From NCBI GenBank assembly GCA_964016885.1, contig OZ024752.1:41912001-41976000 (forward strand): a stretch of 64,000 nt of DNA, given 5' to 3'. The position numbers and the translations under genes were made by a program. This document shows positions 1 to 11,900 of this stretch, piece after piece. The notes under the pieces were generated by a model that saw only the letters and a program-made list of their open reading frames with translations, ran no database searches and was not told the DNA's origin. Origin of the DNA: Eledone cirrhosa. Lineage: Eukaryota. Position 1 is the first letter of the stretch; each line of letters opens with the position of its first letter.

Positions 1-124
1 CTACCTGATATATCTTGATGGAAAATCATGGTATTTTATAAATACACGTGTCTAAATATACATTTACACTCATATATATATAATATATATAATATATAAT
101 ATATATATATATATATTATAAAAT

Positions 125-204
<80 letters not shown>

Positions 205-341
205 AATAACAGGAAGCTGGACTGGTGTAAATCTCCTTAAAAGGTTTATATGATCATTTCAATGACCGGGTTCAGTATGAATAAATATATATATATATTT
301 CAATTGTTATATATATATATATATGTATATTTCGATTGTTT

Positions 342-372
<31 letters not shown>

Positions 373-1364
373 ATTAATTATATTAATATATCATATTAAT
401 TTCCTTCGACATGGTAAAATAAGTAAATAAGTGTTGTGGTGTGAAGCAGGAATCGAACGTGAGTCACCAAATCTGTTTAACGGGACCACTACCTTTTACT
501 TTACTTACGTTAGTTTCAACTGTGTTATACAACAATTGATATTTGATCGATATCAGTAGTATTAGTAATTTCAAAAGAAAATAAATCACTGAATGTTGAA
601 GAAGGTAAACAGATGAATAAAATAAGTCCGTTATCCTGCCAGGTTTTTTCGTGGAAATTCTGTAAATAATGTTGTATTCCGTGTAATGAAGTTACCAAGT
701 TACCATTATCAGCCGACAGTTTAACAGAGCGTGACGGAAGATTACAAACAGAAATAATCTTTTTTTTTTTTTTTTTTGGTGATTCCTTATTTTAATATAG
801 AAATTCTTCCCTTCTTGTTTTTTTTAAGAAATAGATTTGACTGTAGGCAAAATATTGGCAATTTAAAAGTGAAAATAAAAAATTGTGTTTCCCTAGTAAT
901 AATGTATAATTACTGGTTTCCCCTGTAATTATGTTATAATAATGTATAATTGTAATAATTATATAAATGCGTTGTTGTTTAATCTCTATAATAAAAAAAA
1001 AACCCCTTTTAGCCACGCCAATCTTCCACTTTTCTCGGGCACATTATCCAATGCATCTCTTCTTAGAGAGTTTAATTTTAGAGGGGGGGTTTGGCTTTTA
1101 TTTTTAGCAGGTAGAAAAACCACATAATACCACCTTCGGGGTGTGGTGTATGTATGTTTGTATAGAGTGTTCATATGTATGTATAAGGTTATAATAGTTT
1201 CTGTGTGTATATAAATCTGGCTATTAATAAAAATGTATAAGTACGTGTGAAGCCATGTACAGCTATCATCACCATCATCGCTTAACGTCCATCTTCCACG
1301 CTAGCATGGGTCTGGACGGGAATTGTCCCACTTGAGGCAAGATTGGTTGTCTTGCTCAGGACTG

Positions 1365-1452
<88 letters not shown>

Positions 1453-1518
1453 TAGTATGTTTATCAGCAGGTGTTTGTACACGAAATAATGTGTATGTAT
1501 GAAGGTTTATAGCTATGG

Positions 1519-1561
<43 letters not shown>

Positions 1562-1594
1562 TAAGTTATTCCGGGTTGAATCGGAGGTAACCAC

Positions 1595-1645
1595 AGATTC
1601 CTGATGATTTCTCACGAATGAAACAGTTCTAGTCCTGTAGAATCT
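1595..1645 (+). ncRNA. Type-I hammerhead ribozyme motif
   Basis: AGATTC-CTGATGA-tTTC tcac GAAt-GAAA-CAG ttctagtc CTG-TA-GAATCT; stems I and III pair, GUA site. Confidence 0.72.
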
Positions 1646-2117
1646 CTTCTATATTAAAACTATATATATATATATATATAGTGAAGAATGGAACGGAAAC
1701 AAAACAGAGGGGCAGTACAAACAAAGATTTATTAGTTTCACGCTTTTGAGAGTGGTGGGTGGGGGGGGGGGCGTTTCGGGCATAAGCCCTTCTTCAGGAG
1801 AAAAGTGGGTGGGAAGAGAGTTCCGAGGGTGTGTGGGGGAGTGGGGGAGAGACATTTAGAAAAAAAAAGTGGGGGGGTGGGGTGGAAGGGGTGCAAATAG
1901 AAATAATAATAAAAATAAACATGAAGATAAACAAGTGGCGCAAGGTGTGGGGGCATGTAGGGGGGTGGCGGGTGGAGGCGGGGAGGGCTGAAGGTGGTGT
2001 ATGTGTGTAGGTGTACGTGTGTGTGTGTGTATGAGAGTTGGGGGAAGAACGAGGTTCCATGTTCAGGAAAAGGTGTGTGTGTGGGGTGGGGTGTAGGTCG
2101 GTGTGTGTGTGCGTGTG

Positions 2118-2192
<75 letters not shown>

Positions 2193-2504
2193 GCAATATA
2201 TATATTAGTCTAAGAAAAAACTACGCTAAAGTTTTTGGGATTTTATTTTTTAAATACACATCTAGCCTTTAGTATATATCACAAATAGATAGATAGATAA
2301 ATAAATAAATAGCTTAGCAAGCAACAGGAACCATACATGAGGTACCAAAGAAATCGGTAAACTAAAGGAAAAGTTTGTGGAATTGCAGAGGGAAGGAAGA
2401 AGCTAGGGTAAGCTTAGAGAAAAAATAGATACAAAAAAAAAATCATAAGAGAGATGCGAGGTTTATATAAAATGTGTAGCATCTCATTACACACACACCC
2501 GCAC

Positions 2505-2536
<32 letters not shown>

Positions 2537-2672
2537 AAGGCGTTCCCAAAAAAATATACACACAGGATTCTAATGAGTGTATACATTTTGGTGGGATATC
2601 CTGTATATATATATCTATATCTATATGTAAAGGATGTCTCCCAAAATGTATACTCCTTAGAATCCTGTTGAA

Positions 2673-2679
<7 letters not shown>

Positions 2680-2713
<34 letters not shown>

Positions 2714-3512
2714 CTTTTTGTTGTTCATATATATATAAAGTGTGTATATATATATATATATATATATGAGCTTTTTGTTGTTCATATATATATATATGAA
2801 GTGTGTATATATATATATATATGAGCTTTTTGTTGTTCATATATATATGGTGTATATATATATATGAGCTTTTTGTTGTTCATATATATATATATATATA
2901 TGGTGTATATATATATATGAGCTTTTTGTTGTTCATATATATATATATATATGAAGTGTGTATATATATATATATATGAGCTTTTTGTTGTTCATATATA
3001 TATATATAAAGTGTCATCATCATCATCATCAGGTTTAGCGTCCGTGTTCCACGCTTGCATGGGTTTGGACGGGGGTTTTCCCACTTGAGGCAAGAGTGGT
3101 TGTCTTGCTCGTATAGGACTGTCTGGCGGGTTTTCTACAGTTGGATGCCCTTCCTAACACCAACCACATTTACAGTGTGGGGCTGGGAGGTTTTTACCGT
3201 GTTGCCTACACGGCCACATTACAGCGTGGACTGTCTGGCGTGTGTATATATATATATATATATATATGAGCTTTTGTATATATATATATATATATATATG
3301 AGCTTTTTGTTGTTCATATATATATATATAGTGTATATATATATATATGAGCTTTTTGTTGTCTATATATATATGAAGTGTGTATATATATATATATATG
3401 AGTTTTTTGTTGTTCATATATATATGAAGTGTGTATATATATATATATGAGCTTTTTGTTGTTCATATATATATATATGAAGTGTGTATATATATTTATG
3501 AGCTTTTTGTTG

Positions 3513-3550
<38 letters not shown>

Positions 3551-3713
3551 CTTTTTGTTGTTCATATATATATATATATGGTGTATATATATATGAGCCT
3601 TTTGTTGTTCATATATATATATATGAAGTGTGTATATATATATATATATGAGCTTTTTGTTGTTCATATATATATATATAAAGTGTGTATATATATATAT
3701 GAGCTTTTTGTTG

Positions 3714-3791
<78 letters not shown>

Positions 3792-3804
3792 GAGCTTTTT
3801 GTTG

Positions 3805-3886
<82 letters not shown>

Positions 3887-3900
3887 GAGCTTTTTGTTGC
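2680..3900. repeat. Compound minisatellite (TA)n-atgagctttttgttgttcat-(AT)n
   Basis: About 20 copies of the core separated by variable TA runs; interrupted by an RTE-tail insertion. Confidence 0.9.
3015..3240 (-). mobile_element. RTE-tailed element, second subfamily (relatives at 1266-1365, 25055-25240, 42595-42970, 45397-45790)
   Basis: (CAT)n...cgtcc..ccacgcttgcatgggtt...ggatgcccttcctaacaccaacc shared with the RTE/SINE tail. Confidence 0.7.
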
Positions 3901-4112
3901 GGCTGTTTTCTTAGCTTTCTTTTAATAGTTTATATATATTCCATTAGTGAATACCGTTCACCAAACTAACATGTACTTGCTGCTCTTCTGTAAGGATGAA
4001 GATGGAAATAGAAATACACACATATTCAAAATATATATATAGTTCGGCTCTAGCTGTTGAAACGCCAGGAGCTCAGCTGTCGGGGTCCCAAATTTTTCAT
4101 TCATATATATAT

Positions 4113-4935
4113 CATCATCATCATCATCATCACCGTTTTACGTCCGTTCTTCCACGCTAGCATGGGTTAGACGGGTTGTCCTGTTGTGGGCAGTGTCTGG
4201 TCGGCTGACCATGCCTTGCTCATACGGGAACTGATTCTGGCTTGATTTCTACAGCTGGATGCCCTTCTTAACACCAACCTCGTTTACAGGGAGGGCTGGG
4301 TGCTTTTTTTCTGTGGCGCCTGCACGTCCATTTTACAGTGTGGGCTGGGTGCTTTTTTGCCGCGGCACCTCCACGACCACTTTGCAGTGTGGGCTGGGTG
4401 CTTTTTTGCCGCGGCACCTCCACGACCATTTGCAGTGTGGGCTGGGTGCTTTTTTGCCGCGGCACCTCCACGACCACTTTGCAGTGTGGGCTGGGTGCTT
4501 TTTTGCCGCGGCACCTCCACGACCATTTGCAGTGTGGGCTGGGTGCTTTTTTGCCGCGGCACCTCCACGACCACTTTGCAGTGTGGGCTGGGTGCTTTTT
4601 TGCCGTGGCGCCTACACGACCACTTTGCAGTGTGGGCTGGGTGCTTTTTTGCCGCGGCACCTCCACGACCACTTTGCAGTGTGGGCTGGGTGCTTTTTTG
4701 CCGCGGCACCTCCACGACCATTTGCAGTGTGGGCTGGGTGCTTTTTTGCCGCGGCACCTCCACGACCACTTTGCAGTGTGGGCTGGGTGCTTTTTTGCCG
4801 TGGCGCCTACACGACCACTTTGCAGTGGGAGGGTGTGGCGGCATATTGTCTATATGCTTCAGCTTCGTAGGGGGGGGGGGGGTCGGGTCTTCTGTATTAC
4901 TGCGTGATGCCAGAGGTCACGGTCGTGTCATCACC
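4113..4935 (-). mobile_element. RTE 3' end with an internally amplified 46-47-bp repeat (about 11 copies)
   Basis: Flanks match the RTE 3'UTR at 20842-21230; unit gcagtgtgggctgggtgcttttttgccgcggcacctccacgaccacttt. Confidence 0.85.
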
Positions 4936-5541
4936 TTTATATATATATATATATATATATACATGTACATATATATATATATACAAATATCTATCTATCT
5001 AGGGCAGGTAAAATTCCCAAGAATTTCCAGCGGTCTCTGTCCCTCAACATCGTTGCCATGTCCTGCGTCTCCAAGAGACCGGTGTCTGTCCTTAGGGCAT
5101 CAATATATAAATATATATATATATAGTTATGTAATAAACAACATAAGATAATTATTTCATTTACCAGTGGTTTCTTGAAGGCAGATATTGTGTCTTGGGT
5201 CGTCAGAATGAATAAATAACATGGTGTTTTTATTAAATATGGATTTGAAAACAAAAGGAAAAATGAAAGTGAGGCTGAAAAAAACGGGCAAAAATACATA
5301 ACTAATAAGCTCTGTAGCCTACATAGAGCACTCTTTTTTTTCCTGTACCTTTCCGACAGAAATACTTCATTTATATATATCTACACACATATATGCATAT
5401 ACAGAGGAGATGACGAGGGACCGTGATGAATGGAGAGATGCTGTGCTGAAGAGGACCAAGCAGGGAAAAGCGGACGTAAAATGATGATTATATATATATA
5501 TATATATATAGTAATAATAATAAATTTGATAAATTTAATAA

Positions 5542-5574
<33 letters not shown>

Positions 5575-6199
5575 GACAGAAACATTTAGAGATTTTTGAA
5601 GCATCGTGTTTTAGATTTTCTGATAAAAATTGAATAAGAAATGTGTTTTAGTGCAATTTCTTTCTTTTTATTGGTATTAGATACAAATTATCTTACTTAT
5701 AGAAATTTTATATAAAATTAAGATTTTACTCACAACTATTTTGAAATAAATTTAAGCTTTTACATCAATATATTTTGGCAAAGCTAACCTTGGCGGGATT
5801 TGAACTTGGAACGGTAATAGACTGTTACTCTATGTCGTAAAGCATGGAGTAATAACCTGAGTTAATATCAAAAGGGTTAAACAGAAGTTTAAAAAAAGAA
5901 GACAAAGCATATTTCCCATTTTGAATTTCTTTTAATGTTTTATTCATTATTTTAAAAGCTGTACATGATATAAAAAAATGGATTTTTTTTTTTCATATCT
6001 TGATGGTTTTTTTTTTATTTTCTTGAATGTTAAAAGTAAATAGGGGAGGGTTTTGTTGGTGGGGGGAAATATACATACAATGAAATGATAGACTTGGTTC
6101 CTTTCTTAGAATAATACAAAACAATATAGAAAAGCACACGTAATATATCAAGAAAAATAAAAAAAACAATTATTATTATATAAATTGACATATTCAACA

Positions 6200-6735
6200 T
6201 ATTGGTTTTTATAGTCCTAACATTTCAGTTGTTCTACTCTCTGGCCATCTTCAGAGGTATTACTGTTACTATACAACTGATTTATTCAGAATATTGTCCT
6301 GATCTTGGCTTTTATAGTCCTAACATTTCAGTTGTTCTACCCTCTGGCCATCTTCAGAGGTATTACTGTTACTATACAACTGATATATTCAGAATATTGT
6401 CCTGATCTTGGCTTTTATAGTCCTAACATTTCAGTTGTTCTACCCTCTGGCCATCTTCAGAGGTATTACTGTTACTATACAACTGATATATTCAGAATAT
6501 TGTCCTGATCTTGGTTGTTATAGTCCTAACATTTCAGTTGTTCTACCCTCTGGCCATCTTCAGAGGTATTACTGTTACTATACAACTGATATATTCAGAA
6601 TATTGTCCTGATCTTGGTTGTTATAGTCCTAACATTTCAGTTGTTCTACCCTCTGGCCATCTTCAGAGGTATTACTATTACTATACAACTGATATATTCA
6701 GAATATTGTCCTGATCTTGGTTTTTATAGTCACAA
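6200..6735 (-). repeat. 103-bp tandem repeat, about 5.2 copies, each with a degenerate hammerhead core
   Basis: Period 103 (6202, 6305, 6408, 6511, 6614); minus strand CCT-CTGAAGA-tggcc..aact-GAAA-TG-TT-AGG. Confidence 0.85.
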
Positions 6736-7182
6736 TATTTTAGTTTGTGTCTGTGATGGAGATTATACTTCCATGTATGTGTGTGTGTGTATGAATATAT
6801 GTATTTGAACGAGTGTGTGTGTATGTGACAGAGTGAATAGACATGGGTATAAACATGTATAATGAAATGAGTGTGTATGTATATGTTATGTGCAACGGAA
6901 TGATAGTAAAAAGTATTTGCAATCAAACATATTTCAGTATCTGTCTGAATGTATGTATAAGTAGAAATGTGTATAATATCACTATATATGGCTTGATGGT
7001 TGGAATCGGTAGAGCAACACATGTCAAGGATGGACATTTTGTATTTATGTAATTAAAAAGAAAAAGAAAAGAAAAGAAGCAAATTGTCAGATATTGGACA
7101 AAGGAAAGTATGTTTTAATTGATCTTGGCAGAAGTATATATACATATATACACATATATAAAATACATACATATATATATAT

Positions 7183-7499
7183 CATCATTTCATTTTACGT
7201 CCGCTTTTTCCCTGCTTGCAAGGGTGGGACGGGAACTGATTCTGGCTTGATTTCTACAGCTGGATGCCCTTCCTAACGCCAACCTCATTTACAGTGAGTG
7301 CTGGTTGCTTTTTTGCCACTTTGCAGTGGGATGATATGGACCCCAGTCCCTATCATCTCATTTCTACAGCTGAGTAAACTGGAGCAATGTGAAATACAGT
7401 GTCTTGCTCAAGGAAACAACACATCACCCGGTCTGAGAATTGAACTCACAACCTTTCAATTGCAAGGCCAATGCTCTAACCACTAAGCCATGTGCCTCC
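7183..7499 (-). mobile_element. CORE/RTE-tail SINE copy
   Basis: Matches the family consensus; partial plus-strand copy at 7586-7670. Confidence 0.85.
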
Positions 7500-7514
7500 A
7501 TTATATATATATGC

Positions 7515-7547
<33 letters not shown>

Positions 7548-7772
7548 CGTACATATATATACATAGTACATATATATACATAGTGTAGAAATCAAGCCAG
7601 AATCAGTTCCTGTCCCACCCTTGCAAGCAGGGAAAATCGGATGTAAAAAGAAATGAAATGAAATGAAATGATGAAAGCAAAGAAGCTGATCATCAGATGT
7701 GCCAGGAAAACTATGTTTACATTGGTCTTTCTATTGCTGATACTATCTGCCAGTTGCAACTCTTGGCAGAAG

Positions 7773-7824
<52 letters not shown>

Positions 7825-7830
<6 letters not shown>

Positions 7831-8160
7831 TGTAATAAACAACATAAGGCAATTATTCCATTAACTAGTGGTTTCTTAAAAGCAAAAAATTTTGCTTTCA
7901 ATCATCAGAATGAAAAAGTCCTGGTGTATTTATTGATATTGGATTCTAAAAACCTTTTTAAAACGTTTTTAGAATCCAATATCAATAAATACACCATGAT
8001 TTTTTCATTCTGATGATTGAAAGCAAAATGTTTTGCTTTTAAGAAACCACTGGTTAATGGAATAATTGCCTTATGTTGTTTATTACATAACTATTAAGCT
8101 CTGTTACCTACATAGAGCACTCTTTTTTCCTGGACTTTTCCGACGGAATTACTTCATTTA
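7825..8160. mobile_element. Family A hammerhead-bearing Penelope-like element, inverted dimer in (TA)n
   Basis: About 130-bp inverted arms; cores near 7856-7912 (-) and 8004-8061 (+). Confidence 0.7.
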
Positions 8161-8868
8161 TATATATGAAAATCTGCTTCGTAGAATTGAGACGTATCCG
8201 AGGACTGCGCAATTTCAGAGTCAGGTTTGATCACCATATGAGTTAACTTACCCCTCAACTTAGATTTTAACTCTTAGCATCCAGTAATGATTTAGCAAAT
8301 GAAATCTAAAAATATCTGTGTTAATTGAAAGGTTTTATGGTGGACAGATCGTTGTAAAAAAATTTTGCAGTCATAATGTTGTTTTATACTTTTCAGTAAC
8401 GTTTTGATAATTGTTTCTACAATTACCCCAGTGTATTACTGGTGCTTTATTTTATCGACCTTGTAAGGATGAAAGGCAAAGTTAACCTCGGCAAGATTTG
8501 AACTCAGAACGCAAAGGTCCATAACTCTATGCTGCATAGCATGGTGTCTGACGCTCTACCCTTTTCAGGAACGCTTTGATAATGTGGTTTCATGTGGTGT
8601 GTTAATTCAAATGTTTATAGTATCTTTACTAGTGGATAGATCGTTGTGAAAATTTGCAGTATGAGAGTAAAGACTAATACAGTCATAATGTTGTTTTGTA
8701 CTTTTCCAGAATGTCTTGCTAATGCAATTTCATGTGTTAGAGGGTGTTATGAATTAAAAGGTATAATTGAATTTACATAGACTATGGCCAGTAGGTATGT
8801 AGATCCAACCAAAAGTACCCAAGCATCAGATATGGAAGATTTTCTTTTTTCATTTGGTTCTTTTTCTT

Positions 8869-8969
8869 TTATACTTGGCGAATTAAATCCGAAGCTGGAA
8901 GCTGGAATAGATCAAAATCTATTTCTTGTCGTAGGACACCAGTTAGGACAAATTCTGGGTTGAAGACAG
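8869..8969 (-). CDS. PAXIP1: PAXIP1 exon 20, last coding exon ([18 protein letters not shown]...RQV*)
   Basis: EFVLTGVL motif; TAA at 8871-8869. Confidence 0.9.
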
Positions 8970-11900
8970 CTGAAAAAGAAGAGAGAAACCAAAGTTTGAA
9001 AAGGGCGAAGAAGATTATCCATTTCAGTATCACATTTCTAAATAAGAGTATTACATTTCAATTTTTTTAAAAAATTAATCAAGAATTTGACCCCATGGCA
9101 GAGGCAGATCCAGGCAGACTTCGGACAAGGTAGGGAGGACTGATTTGGTCTGTGAAGACCCATCCAACCCTTGCTAACAGGGAAAGTGGATGTTAAATGA
9201 TGATGAAGATCATCCTCAGCCAAAGTAGACACTTTTAATCATAAGTCTGCTAGATCAGGAGTGACCTAGGGCTAAACATCATCAACAACATCAACCTCTG
9301 ACAAACAAAGGAATAATATAAAGGGACTTACCAAGACGACGAGCCATAAGGTCTCGACACAAATGGACATCATTGGTGCATGTAATCACAATAAACGTGG
9401 GATTTCCCTGTCAAAGAAAATTTAACTGTTAACGTCCTGTACCACATAAAACCACATTATCAAGACATTTTTGAAAAATACACAACAGCAATATGATTGC
9501 ATCACATTAAAAATTAAAGATTTTAATTTACTTCAACTTTTTACAATGACTGATCTGTCCATTAGTAAAGATACTATAAACATTTTAATTAACAGACCTG
9601 TTTTTAGTTATTTTCTGCTAAATCATTACAGGATGCTACGGGTTAACGTACTGCTACGTTTGGATGTGATGATGGTGATGGTAACAACGATGATAATGAT
9701 GATGATGATGACGACGACAATGATGATGATGATGATGAAGAAATGCTTGCCACAACCTACCTTGTCATCCCGCAATGATGCAATTTGTTTAGCTGACAGA
9801 CGCCGTTTGATGACACTGCCCCCAGCACTCTCAATAATAGACTGTAAGTCCCTGGGAGAAGGCACAACACTTGGTGTTATGTAAAATATAAAACCCTAGT
9901 GGAGAAAACACAGAGAGAAATAAGTAAATGATCTGAAATGGTTGGATGGAGAAATATGTTGGGTTTTTTTAAAATATTTAATCAAAGAAGAGCAATGCTG
10001 ATGAAAAAAATCAAATGAAAAATAAACACATCACACTAATGTACCGTATATACTCGAATATAAGTCACCCCACTCACCCCATTTTATGTCTAAGAAATAG
10101 GTAAAAATAGAAACCCCGTTTAAATGGTGTATATAAGCCAAATTCCTCATTTTAACATCGATTTTTTGGTCACATATTCCTCGGTTTATATTCGAGTATA
10201 TATAAGTTTAGCTGGCCTCATTAGACAATGTATGACTTGTGTACGATAACAAAATAGAGTTATCTACCTTGAAGAGAGGCCGAGTCCTGGCTCTTTGCAA
10301 TGAAAATGTCAAATCGCACTGTAAAACTTTCTCAGCTTCTCCATCTTTCAAGACATAAAGTTCTTCATCTGGATATTTAAATAAGAAATAGACAAATATG
10401 TTTAAAATCACACAGTTTATGAAAATGAAATGAAAATTGAAATCTACAGCTCACATTTATATAATTTTAGCTGGCCTCCTACAAGGTTGTATATCATAAG
10501 AAGTTTCTTAGATGTTTTAATGATAGCCCACCCAACAAGTCATATCATGTTGCTGTTGTTAGAGCTCACACCTCTATAGATTTAGCTAGCCTCTTACAGG
10601 GTTGCATCTCATAGGTTTCCTGGGTGGCTTTCTTTTTTATGACAGGGGCATCAGTAATATCATTACAGAACATCATAGTGTGTGAACAAGAAATTTTTGG
10701 GGGATATTTGGTAAATTAAGAGAACAGTGTTCATGGCCTTCACAGACCCTCTGAGAACAGAGAGACCAATGCCATCAATATTCTGTTTAAATTAATGTGG
10801 GTTCATTCAGTTGAGAAAGACATGAACGGGGTAGAAGTTCCAGAAATCCAACGTGTTAGGCAGGAAGTACTGGGCATAGGGGTTAATGTCTGTTAAGTTA
10901 CACTCACACAAAGATATCAGACAAAACCTTTGCTACACCATCATCCTCATTTAATGTCCATTCTCCTCACCATCAAGGGTCAGACAGGTAGTCACAGACC
11001 ATGTTGGTACTTAGTCATAGCTACTGACACTTTAAATGGGCTGGGAGCCTGTATTATGCTTATATGTGTTCGTGTACTCTACAGAGTACACCAAGTGCAT
11101 TTTATCATGGCAGCAGCACTAGGGAAATTGTCATGTCTTTGACACAACTGTAGAGTCCTCTTGACAATTTGTTTGGCAAGTTTTCTATGACAGGATGCCC
11201 TTACTATCACCAACCCTTGAGAGGTTGTCATGCCCTTGATACAACAATAGAGTTCTTTCGACTCTTTGGTACTTACCAAGGAATTTGTCTTTGGCAATGC
11301 TATCTTCTAGCCAGTCCTTGTTCACAATATATTTACATACATTAATGGCTATGAAGAATTTCACTGTTCTGCAGAGAGACTTGGCAACCAGATGAGTACA
11401 TTGGCGTGGATTATCAGTAACACAGCCACCTAACTTCTCCACCATCTGGAAAAAAAATAAGAACAACAATTTTATTTAACCATTTTGACATCAAATTACT
11501 TAAAACTGCCTCTGGTTCTACAATACTAAGCTATATATTTTAAAGTGTTTATATTTATCTAAAAAGACTTCCATCATCATTCTGTTTAAGTACCTTTGTT
11601 ATGTTACATTCCAAACACTAGTAACGCTTTTGATACCAAACCACATGAAACTGCCTCTGGTTATATGATACTAAGTTGTTTATTTTGAAGTGTTTATATT
11701 TTTCTAATGCTAATAGGAAAAAATGAAGAAGCTTGTCATGAGATCCAGAATTCTAACCCCTTCTTCGTTAACCCCTATACTTCATTTTTTTAATTTTTGA
11801 GGGAATTTTACAAAAATATGTAAGCATGTACAGATATAAACATGTACACATTCATATATAAACATGTGAATGGATCCACTTTCTACAATGAACCATCCTG

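Noticed and set aside
192-290. Hammerhead remnant (minus strand CTGAA...GAAA-TGATCA-TA)
   Set aside because: Core incomplete and stems I/II do not pair; too degenerate to call.
4259-5151. Overlapping 130-280 aa ORFs in multiple frames
   Set aside because: Stop-poor tandem repeat from an RTE 3'UTR.
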